In this document: one piece after another, positions 36,663 through 44,380 of the stretch
How positions within the stretch are numbered: position 1 is the stretch's first letter
Layout of the letters: each line of letters begins with the position of its first letter
NCBI GenBank assembly: GCA_963838925.1
Contig: CAWISW010000003.1
Coordinates: 544,001-608,000, forward strand
From: an uncultured Nitrososphaerota archaeon
GTDB lineage: Archaea; Thermoproteota; Nitrososphaeria; Nitrososphaerales; Gagatemarchaeaceae
Direction: 5' to 3'
Length of the DNA: 64,000 nt
Position numbers and translations under genes: made by a program
Notes under the pieces: model-generated
Seen by the model: only the letters and a program-made list of their open reading frames with translations
Databases searched by the model: none
What the model was told of the DNA's origin: nothing

Positions 36663-38273
36663 TCACAGCCAAGTTACCGAGAAGTGGTCGCCTCGAGAGA
36701 CCAGCGGGGCGAACGGCGTCCCTGTCCCGGCGTAGAACTGCGAAAGCCACTCGTACAGCTGCAGCCTCATGTCCTGGATGTAGACGATTACGCCCTCCAG
36801 GCTTATCACCGCGACGTTGAGGATTACGGCGACGACCACGCCGGCGGCTCCGTATGACAGGACGCCGCCCACCAAGCTCCCCAGCAGCGTGGTCGTGATC
36901 AGTAGTACCCCAAGCCGAATGTAGCTGAGCGTGTTCAGGAAGAACTCGAAGGGCTTCGCTACCGATTCAAGGAGGCCCTCGCCCAACCCCCTTGCCGCTC
37001 TCCGCAGACTTCGAGTTGACAGATATTCGCGAACCGGGTGCCCCACCACCATGAAGAGCAACGTTGCGACTATCACAGGCAGAGACACGCCTGCAGTGAC
37101 CGCGATGGGGACGCTCAGACCCAAGAGATTATTGAATATGGGCGTCGGCGCGGTGCTAGTAAGCAAGACCCCGAAGTTCAGGCCTGTTCCTGCCACGGCG
37201 AAGCCGAACGGAATGAAGAAGGCGTAGAGTACGATGGTTGGGAGCCTATCCAGGAAGGCGTCGAGGTAGTTCCCGGCCCTCTCTTGGTTGACAAAGGCGA
37301 TCGAGTATCCGCTCGCCAGATGGAATGCGCCGATTAGTATCGCCACCTCAAGAAGAAAGGGTATCGACGAGAGCGTGAAGCTGGCGCTTAGGGCAGGCGG
37401 GAGAGGAATCACCTTCTGCAAAGGCGACTGGAAGGGCACGCCGAAGAACGACCCCCTGACGAAGCCGAACACCGTCGTCGAGAAGCTGAGGATGAAGATG
37501 AGCTCTCCCCAAGCCTTGTATGCAGTCCGGTAGACCAGATACAGCCCGAAAGCGAGCAGCGCGATGCCGTGGCCCACGTCAGCAAACATCACACCGAAGA
37601 AGAACGGGAAGACAAACGCAAGGATAGGGGTCGGGTCGACCTCTCCATACTTGGGGAGGCCGCGCTCGAGCGTGAGGCTCTCGAAGACCGAGACTAGTCG
37701 AGGGTTCACGAGCAGAGTCGGGATGTATGCCACATCTTTGCCCTGCGTCTTGACCGGCTCGGCTGCGACGAGGTAGCTTCCCATCGAGTCCTTGAACGAG
37801 TCAAGCGCGTGCGCGGGGACGAATCCCTCGGTCCTCAGCTTCGCGTCCTCAGAGGGGTACACGAAGATCCTCTGGAGGTCGCTGAATACCATGAGAGACG
37901 CTTCCTGGATAGCCAAGAGGACTTGCGTCACCCCCCACTTGTCGTCCGACTCGGTGAACAACGAGAGGTTCTTCTCGATTATCTCAATGTACTCCTCCAG
38001 CACTCTCACGAGTTCGTCTACGTCGTGCGCTTCGAACTTCTCGACCTGCTTCCCTCGGTTGGCAGTCTTGAACAGGCCTTCCCCGAGCAGCTCGCTGGCC
38101 TGCGCGTAGATCTCGTGAGCCTTGGAGCCCGTCAGAAGCAGGCCGATGTCCTGTACCATCCCTCCCTTCCTTGACGGGTGGAATGCGATGAACTTGATCA
38201 CCTTCGCCATCAGCCGGCCCGCCTCGGACTTGGGCGCCTCCAGAGTCACCCTGACGAGACGAGCCACCGCCAA
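36663..38273 (-). CDS. A/V-type ATPase subunit I (a)-like protein, stand-alone and shortened
   Basis: PKYGEVDPT, FFFG.MF.D.GHG, LSY.RL (essential Arg) and RL..YEW..FY.G.G.PF.P motifs. Confidence 0.88.
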   Translation of the reverse strand: MAVARLVRVTLEAPKSEAGRLMAKVIKFIAFHPSRKGGMVQDIGLLLTGSKAHEIYAQASELLGEGLFKTANRGKQVEKFEAHDVDELVRVLEEYIEIIEKNLSLFTESDDKWGVTQVLLAIQEASLMVFSDLQRIFVYPSEDAKLRTEGFVPAHALDSFKDSMGSYLVAAEPVKTQGKDVAYIPTLLVNPRLVSVFESLTLERGLPKYGEVDPTPILAFVFPFFFGVMFADVGHGIALLAFGLYLVYRTAYKAWGELIFILSFSTTVFGFVRGSFFGVPFQSPLQKVIPLPPALSASFTLSSIPFLLEVAILIGAFHLASGYSIAFVNQERAGNYLDAFLDRLPTIVLYAFFIPFGFAVAGTGLNFGVLLTSTAPTPIFNNLLGLSVPIAVTAGVSLPVIVATLLFMVVGHPVREYLSTRSLRRAARGLGEGLLESVAKPFEFFLNTLSYIRLGVLLITTTLLGSLVGGVLSYGAAGVVVAVILNVAVISLEGVIVYIQDMRLQLYEWLSQFYAGTGTPFAPLVSRGDHFSVTWL

Positions 38274-38297
38274 CTTACAGCGCCTTCAGGATTGCTC

Positions 38298-38759
38298 TCA
38301 GCGTATCACGAGTACCGCGCACCCGGAGTACTCTACAAGGCCTGACGCCACGCTCCCCACGAGGATCCTCCTCGAAGGTGTAGTCCCACGAGTTCCGGTA
38401 ACGATGAGGTCTGCCTTCATCGTCTCCGCATAACCGAGGATTGCGTCCACGACGGAATACGCACCCACGACAATCTCAGTCTTGACGCCGATTCCGTGTC
38501 TCGCGGCTATCTCCTCAACATCTTTCATCCACTTCTTCGCGTTCCTCCTTGCGTTCGCGTAGTTGTCGGCGAGCCCTCCCTGCAGCTCGAATTGCGGGGC
38601 CGGCACGACGTGGAGAGCCAGAAGCTCCGCCCCGTCCTGCCGAGCGATGCGCGCCGCGTGCTCCGCTCCCCTCAGTGACACTTCCGAGCCATCCACGGCG
38701 ACCACAATCCGAGTGAAGCCTTTCTTGCCTGTCGACGGCGCAGACATGCGTGCTTCCAT
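38298..38759 (-). CDS. Universal stress protein
   Basis: IVVAVDGS, DLIVTGTRG and VGSVA motifs. Start may be ATG 38747. Confidence 0.93.
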   Translation of the reverse strand: MEARMSAPSTGKKGFTRIVVAVDGSEVSLRGAEHAARIARQDGAELLALHVVPAPQFELQGGLADNYANARRNAKKWMKDVEEIAARHGIGVKTEIVVGAYSVVDAILGYAETMKADLIVTGTRGTTPSRRILVGSVASGLVEYSGCAVLVIR

Positions 38760-38788
38760 CGGCCCTTTCGTATTTAATCAGGCGGTGG

Positions 38789-38808
38789 CTTTCTCAATCG
38801 TGAGAATG
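38789..38808 (-). promoter_or_regulatory. Regulon palindrome site upstream of USP-atpI-like
   Basis: CTTTCTCA-ATCG-TGAGAATG. On the minus strand, 11 nt then TTAAATA. Confidence 0.8.
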
Positions 38809-38892
38809 GTCGGTAGGAATCTGGAATCGCTCTCCTCGCCTTAGGACGCCAAATTAAAGGCCAAAATAGTCTGCCCTCTAGGCTGCATAGCA

Positions 38893-39189
38893 ATGAGCTC
38901 CGACAACGAAGAGGAAGAGGCGGTCGTCCAAGAACGCGAGGTGACCGCAGAGCCTGACGCCAAGTCAGTCGAAGAGGCGGAGGAAGAAGTCGACGAGCTC
39001 GAAGAAGAGGTAGAGGAGGAGACCGAAGAGAAGGAGTCGGAGAAGATCGAAGACAGGCTGGACGAAAAACAGAGCGGCAGCAGCACCGCCGCCGCAAGAA
39101 GGCGACGAAGCAAGAAGAAGGCCAAGCCGAAGCCGAAGAAGCCTCCTCAGAAGAAGGTCAGACGCGGGTCCAAGACAAAGCGCCGTTGA
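38893..39189 (+). CDS. Low-complexity protein with an acidic N-half and Lys/Arg-rich tail
   Basis: 98 aa; a Glu-rich block, then RRRRSKKKAKPKPKK; ATTAAA upstream. Confidence 0.65.
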   Translation: MSSDNEEEEAVVQEREVTAEPDAKSVEEAEEEVDELEEEVEEETEEKESEKIEDRLDEKQSGSSTAAARRRRSKKKAKPKPKKPPQKKVRRGSKTKRR

Positions 39190-39196
39190 TCGGCGC

Positions 39197-39216
39197 AGTT
39201 CTCAAATCTGAGAATC
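39197..39216 (+). promoter_or_regulatory. Regulon palindrome site upstream of the Tat flavoprotein operon
   Basis: AGTTCTCA-AATC-TGAGAATC, then 11 nt, then TTATATA. Confidence 0.85.
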
Positions 39217-39257
39217 GCCTTCGCGCGTTATATATTAGAGAACGCACGAAGAATCCC

Positions 39258-41018
39258 ATGTCTGAAGCAGAGAAAAAGGGACCAGAGACTCCTACCAGCA
39301 AGGGAGTGTCGAGAAGACAGCTCCTCACAGGGGCGGTGGGCGGTCTCATCGTAGGCGCAGTGGCTGGCACAGCGATCGGTTCCCTTGGTTTCCCCAAGAC
39401 CGTCACCAAGACACAAACGGAAACATCTACTTCTACGACAACGTCCGTTTCTCAACCATGGCTCCCGGCTTCATGGGACTACGTCGCGGACGTGGTCGTC
39501 GTCGGCTTCGGCGGGGCTGGAGGAGTGGCGGCATTGAACGCTAACAAGGCGGGAGCCAAGGTTCTCATTTTGGAGAAGGCGCCCCAGGCTTATGCGGGGG
39601 GGAACACGAGCGTTTCGGGTGGAAACATATTCACGCCCTCGCCTGTAGCTGATGCGGTCACCTATCTCAACGCAATGGCGGGTCCGTATCCAATCCCGCA
39701 GGACATGGTCCAGACATGGGCGCAGCAGATGAGCCAGAACTTGGCCTCGCTCACAAGCCTCGGCGCCACTGCTTATCAGCAGGACACCTCAAGCGAGGTT
39801 CCGTCAGGATACGTAACTGCGCCCGCGAGCTTCCTCCCCGAGTTTTCAGCGCTTCCAGGCTCGGACTGCGCGCACGAGATTTGCTGCGGAGCTGCTCCCG
39901 GCCGAGGCTTGGACTATTTCAATGATGTCGCAAGCCTCGTCCAGAAGGCCGGAATACAGGTGCTCTACCAGACTCCGGCAACCGGTCTGGTTCAAAACCC
40001 CCAGACAGGGGAGATACTGGGAGTGATAGCGACCACCGCCACTGGAGGCACGGCCACAACCCCTGGCACGAACGGCGGCACTCCAATCCACGTCAAGGCC
40101 AGCAAGGCGGTGATCCTGACCCTCGGGGGATATGAGAACAACCCTCAGATGCTTCGCGATTTCTGTCAGCTCGCCAATGGTGGTCCGCACGGAACTCCGT
40201 ACAACACGGGAGACGGAATACCAATAGTGCAGAGTGTCGGTGCAGCTCTCTGGCACATGGACAACATATCGGGCTCTGGATTTGGCTTCCAGCCCACTCC
40301 CACCTCGCCGTTCTTCGGATTGTCGATGCCTGCACAAGGGTACATCTACATAGGAGCCGACGGCGCGCGGTTCGTCAACGAGAACGTCTCGAACCACCAC
40401 GGCAAGATCCCGTTCAACTATGTGGCCAACCCCACGGTCACGGCGAGCACCACCTGGATACCATACCCGACGCCATTCCCCATACAGGTAATCTTCGACG
40501 ACACAACGAGAGCGGCCGGTCCCATCACGCCTCTGCCAAACCCCGCCAGTCTGGGTTGGAACGTGGTCCGTGGCGTATACACTTGGAGCAGCGACAACAG
40601 CGTCGAGATAGGAAATGGCTGGATTACGAAAGCGGCAACTCTTCAGGAACTGGCTCCCCTTATCAACCGAGACCCCACCCAACTATCGAACGTGGTCGCC
40701 CAGTACAACAGTTACTGCGCAGCGGGCGTCGATGCGCAGTTCGGGAGGCCCAAGACAGACCTCATACCGATTCAGACTGCGCCGTACTACGCGGTCAGTC
40801 TGCAGTTCCATATGTTCAACACCCAAGGCGGTGCGAAGCGAAACACAAAGGCGCAGGTGGTGGACGCCGAGAACAACCCGATTCCGAGGCTCTATAGCGC
40901 GGGAGAATTCGGATCCATCTACAGCTGGGAGTACAACGGCGGCGGCAACCTAGGAGAGACTGTGGCCTTCGGCACCATCGCGGGCCAGACCGCGGCACAA
41001 GAGACTCCCTGGGGCTAG
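39258..41018 (+). CDS. Tat-exported FAD-binding oxidoreductase (flavocytochrome c / ketosteroid dehydrogenase-like)
   Basis: SRRQLL twin-arginine signal, DVVVVGFGGAG, GGNT..SGG, NTGDG and TQGG...RLYSAGE motifs. ATG at 39258. Confidence 0.9.
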   Translation: MSEAEKKGPETPTSKGVSRRQLLTGAVGGLIVGAVAGTAIGSLGFPKTVTKTQTETSTSTTTSVSQPWLPASWDYVADVVVVGFGGAGGVAALNANKAGAKVLILEKAPQAYAGGNTSVSGGNIFTPSPVADAVTYLNAMAGPYPIPQDMVQTWAQQMSQNLASLTSLGATAYQQDTSSEVPSGYVTAPASFLPEFSALPGSDCAHEICCGAAPGRGLDYFNDVASLVQKAGIQVLYQTPATGLVQNPQTGEILGVIATTATGGTATTPGTNGGTPIHVKASKAVILTLGGYENNPQMLRDFCQLANGGPHGTPYNTGDGIPIVQSVGAALWHMDNISGSGFGFQPTPTSPFFGLSMPAQGYIYIGADGARFVNENVSNHHGKIPFNYVANPTVTASTTWIPYPTPFPIQVIFDDTTRAAGPITPLPNPASLGWNVVRGVYTWSSDNSVEIGNGWITKAATLQELAPLINRDPTQLSNVVAQYNSYCAAGVDAQFGRPKTDLIPIQTAPYYAVSLQFHMFNTQGGAKRNTKAQVVDAENNPIPRLYSAGEFGSIYSWEYNGGGNLGETVAFGTIAGQTAAQETPWG

Positions 41019-41045
41019 GTAGGCGGCCGAGGGGTTGAACGATGA

Positions 41046-42005
41046 GTGCAGGCCGTGACCAAATCAAGCAGAGAAGGATTTGGACGGTTTGTCCTCGTCG
41101 TCGCCGTCCTGTCTCTACTAGCAGTGGCTTTTGAAAGCACAGCACACACAGCGGCCGCCGTAACGACCGTCACTGCATACAAGGCGCAGGTACCGGTCAA
41201 TGTTACTGCGCCATATCAGCCGAGCGAATGGAGTGACACGCTACAGTTCTCCGAAAAAAGCTCGGAGATGGCGGTAGCCTTCAAGCAGAACGGTACAGGA
41301 CTTCTTTTCATGATGAGATGGAACGAGTCATCCACCGCTTGCTACGACACCTACTGCTTCGGCGGGATTGAGCTTGGGTACTTGAATAACACGGAAGAGA
41401 TGGGAACACCCTCAACACCCACCATCATGATTCTAGTCAGTCAATCCTCTACCAACCATGTAGACGAATTCGTCTCCACGGGAGACCAGACCCCAAGCGC
41501 GGTTGAGGGCTACGGCTACAGCACACAGTCGACCTGTGGATTGGATGTCATCAGCAATGAGTACATCGCGACATGCTATCGCCCGTTTGCTCTCCACAAT
41601 GCCTCGCCCTACGACCCTTTTCCCAGCTTGGTAGCAGGCTCGCCGATAGAGATCGCATTCGCTGTGGGTGAATTCACAGTCCCAGGACTCCACGACGCTA
41701 GCGACATGAGCACCTACGTCCTACAGATTAGCAACTCACTATACACCGCCACATCAACCGCGTCATCTTCTACGTCTTCTTCCACGACAGTTGCCGCCTC
41801 AAATGAGACCTCTTCGTCTTCGACGTCTTCATCCGCATCTTCCAAGTCGTCTTCGAGCGAGACCACAACTTCCACGACCAGCATAATCACGACTTCCGCT
41901 CCTTCGACGCCGAGCGCCAGCGTCTACGCGGAGGAGCTCGCGGTCATCGTCGTGGGATTCTCCGTCTTGATGCTGGTCGTCCTGACAAAGTACAGGAGTA
42001 GATGA
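41046..42005 (+). CDS. Surface protein: signal peptide, possible DOMON-like domain, Ser/Thr linker, C-terminal TM anchor
   Basis: N-terminal hydrophobic segment; W.D, EEMG and IAFAVG....H pattern; long S/T tract; terminal TM followed by KYRSR. Confidence 0.65.
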   Translation: MQAVTKSSREGFGRFVLVVAVLSLLAVAFESTAHTAAAVTTVTAYKAQVPVNVTAPYQPSEWSDTLQFSEKSSEMAVAFKQNGTGLLFMMRWNESSTACYDTYCFGGIELGYLNNTEEMGTPSTPTIMILVSQSSTNHVDEFVSTGDQTPSAVEGYGYSTQSTCGLDVISNEYIATCYRPFALHNASPYDPFPSLVAGSPIEIAFAVGEFTVPGLHDASDMSTYVLQISNSLYTATSTASSSTSSSTTVAASNETSSSSTSSSASSKSSSSETTTSTTSIITTSAPSTPSASVYAEELAVIVVGFSVLMLVVLTKYRSR

Positions 42006-42649
42006 GAGTCTTGGAATTCGCCGGAATCCAGATGCTGACGTGGCACGACTTCGTCGTGGAGCTGCACACAGGGGTCGTCGTCTTCGTGATTGTAGCGATA
42101 GTCCTCCGCCTTGCCGTTGACGCCGGACAGAGGGGGAAGGTCACAGCGTCGGCGCGGGTCCAGGAAATCCGCCAGGGCACCGACTTCGTCGCGTATTTGG
42201 GCGCCATCCTCGCCGTAGTCTTTCTTGCAATCTCAGGGATCACCGGCTATCTCCTTCTCCCATATTCGACCCTTAGCGGTCAGTCCATCTACCTCAACAA
42301 GGCCTTTGTGGCATTGGCCGCCCTCTTCTTCTGGGCGGCATTCGCGTTCCTCCGCTACTGGTCGGGCACTACGATGTGGCAGAAGAGGGGGCTGTACGCT
42401 CTCGCCGTCATAACCGCGTTCTTCGGTCTCCTATTCACCACGCTGGCTGGCTCGATCGGCGCCGAGCTCACGATAGGCCAGTCCGTGCTCACCCCGGTCT
42501 ACAACGCCTTCTCGATAAACTTCAGCCAGCTGACCCTTCAGCCGCTTGACGTGGAGGTCACGGCCGTCCTGGTCATCGTGGCCATCGTTATCGTGGCCTT
42601 CCTCAAGCCGTCACGAAGAGCCGCGTCGAAGCCTCAGCCGGCCCCGTAG
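42002..42649 (+). CDS. Multi-TM membrane protein (DUF2231 / cytochrome b-like?)
   Basis: Five TM segments and N-terminal WHDFVVELH; ATGA overlap with the previous gene. Confidence 0.65.
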   Translation: MRVLEFAGIQMLTWHDFVVELHTGVVVFVIVAIVLRLAVDAGQRGKVTASARVQEIRQGTDFVAYLGAILAVVFLAISGITGYLLLPYSTLSGQSIYLNKAFVALAALFFWAAFAFLRYWSGTTMWQKRGLYALAVITAFFGLLFTTLAGSIGAELTIGQSVLTPVYNAFSINFSQLTLQPLDVEVTAVLVIVAIVIVAFLKPSRRAASKPQPAP

Positions 42650-42798
42650 TACTGGACGACTCCCACCGCGCCCGTTTCAGCGCCAACTCTCTCGTTAACA
42701 CATTTGTTTGATATTCGCACGGAAAAGTAGCTAAACGTTAGGGAAATGTTCACTAAATTTATATATCATTACGCAGAAAGAGGTGACGACTTAACAAG

Positions 42799-43185
42799 AT
42801 GTCCGAATCTGGCATGCGACAAATCGAGGCGATATTGAGGAGCGAAAAGTTCCCCAACGTCGACATGGCGCTGAGGGATTTGGGAGTGAGCGGAGTCACA
42901 ATGGTGGAGGCAAAAGGGAGAGGAAGAGACAAGATCATCACGACCTCCTTCATCAGGGGCAAGTGGACCTTCACGACTGACGTCATCCACAGAGTGATAG
43001 TCAACGTTGTCGTGGACGCCGGCGACGTCGACAGAGTCGTGGACGCCATAGTCAAGGCCGCAAGCACAAAGAAGGTCGGAGACGGGAAGATATTCGTCTA
43101 CCCGATAGAGAGGTCGATAGACATCAGCACGGGCGAAAGCGACGACCACTCCCTGAACACCGCCCGGGGCACGTCAAAGAAGTAG
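42799..43185 (+). CDS. P-II family nitrogen regulator
   Basis: IEAILR, G.T..E.KGRGR and GDGKIFV.P.E..I.I.TGE motifs. Confidence 0.92.
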   Translation: MSESGMRQIEAILRSEKFPNVDMALRDLGVSGVTMVEAKGRGRDKIITTSFIRGKWTFTTDVIHRVIVNVVVDAGDVDRVVDAIVKAASTKKVGDGKIFVYPIERSIDISTGESDDHSLNTARGTSKK

Positions 43186-43230
43186 AGAACGGTCTCAAGG
43201 GAGTCGGTCCCTCTTCAGTAGCCGACCAGG

Positions 43231-44052
43231 TCAGGTAGAGAGGCCGACCAGCTTTGACGTCTCGACCCACAGAAGGCGAGCTTTCTCCTCGTCGTAGGAC
43301 TCGTCAGAGGACTTCTTCGCCGACTTGTCATCGAAGTACTCGCCGGTAACCTTCTCGACCTCAGGCGACGACGCAAGGAAGATCGCGGTCTGCGCCCCGT
43401 CCTTAGCGCTCTTCAAGAACGGCCTCACCAGCGCGGGCGGGACCCTCCAGATGCCGGTGGCGACGCCTCCCGGGTGCAGGCAGTTGGCGGTCACCCCCGT
43501 CCCTCGGAGCCTCCTGGCGAGCTCGTAAGTGAACATGACCAGGGCCAGCTTGGACGTCGAGTAGGCGCCCCACCCCGAGGGGGTCTCCTTCTTCTCGATC
43601 GCCGCCAGGTCGATGTGCCCGCCGAAGTGTGTCACGGAGGAGACGTTGACGACGCGAGAGGGAGCGCTGGACTTCAGAAGCTCAAGCAGGAGGTTCGTGA
43701 GCAGAAACGGGGCGAGGTAGTTCACGGCGAAAGTGGTCTCGAACCCGTCAGCCGTCCTTCCTGAGAGGCTGAAGACACCTGCGTTGTTCACCAGGACGTG
43801 GAGCTTGCCGTACCTGTTCCTCACCTCCGCCGCGAGTCCCCGCACCTCGGCGAGGGATGACAGGTCGCAGAGCAGGAGGTCGACGGAATCGTTCCCGCTC
43901 TTCTTCGAGATCTCTCGCCTAGCGGCCTCGCCCTTCCTCTTGTTTCGACAAACCATCACCACGGTAGCATTCATCTGGGCCAGCGCGAGAGCCGTCTCCC
44001 TGCCCATCCCTGAGTTCGCCCCGGTGACGATGCAGGTCTTGCCTTCGAGCAC
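43231..44052 (-). CDS. SDR (retinol-dehydrogenase-like)
   Basis: TGANSGMG, NNAG, Y..SKLA and LHPG.VAT motifs. Confidence 0.93.
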   Translation of the reverse strand: MLEGKTCIVTGANSGMGRETALALAQMNATVVMVCRNKRKGEAARREISKKSGNDSVDLLLCDLSSLAEVRGLAAEVRNRYGKLHVLVNNAGVFSLSGRTADGFETTFAVNYLAPFLLTNLLLELLKSSAPSRVVNVSSVTHFGGHIDLAAIEKKETPSGWGAYSTSKLALVMFTYELARRLRGTGVTANCLHPGGVATGIWRVPPALVRPFLKSAKDGAQTAIFLASSPEVEKVTGEYFDDKSAKKSSDESYDEEKARLLWVETSKLVGLST

Positions 44053-44130
44053 GAAAAGTCAGAGGTCGCACTTCCCTTTAAGGGGATGCGGGCGGAGGCG
44101 AACAGAAGCGCCTCCTTGACACGCGCGTAT

Positions 44131-44280
44131 CTAGTGCGCGTGGCCGTATCTGTGCGGGTCCTTGTCGAAGGCGGCCTTGCAGCCAGCCGAGCAGAAGTAG
44201 AACACAGCGCCGTCGTGCTCGGACTTCAGCTTCGTCTTCTTTTCGTCCACCGTCATTCCGCAGACCGGGTCCCGCGCCAT
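44131..44280 (-). CDS. YHS/TRASH small metal chaperone (49 aa; not in the ORF track)
   Basis: MARDPVCGMTVD...YFCSAGCKAAFDKDPHRYGHAH*; divergent from copA. Confidence 0.9.
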   Translation of the reverse strand: MARDPVCGMTVDEKKTKLKSEHDGAVFYFCSAGCKAAFDKDPHRYGHAH

Positions 44281-44380
44281 TGCTCTCTGGGCGCTCGATC
44301 GCCAAACCCCACTATATGAAATCTAAGTTCCGAGTTCGTCACTTGCCGGGTTTAAGTCACCCCACAGGTCTCGGCCATCG

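Noticed and set aside
41750-41915. Repeated TCTTC/ACGTC motifs
   Set aside because: These are explained by the Ser/Thr-rich linker codons of the surface protein.
42740-42765. Possible regulon or NrpR site before P-II
   Set aside because: It matches both GATTCTCA-N4-TGAGAATC and GGAA-N6-TTCC poorly.
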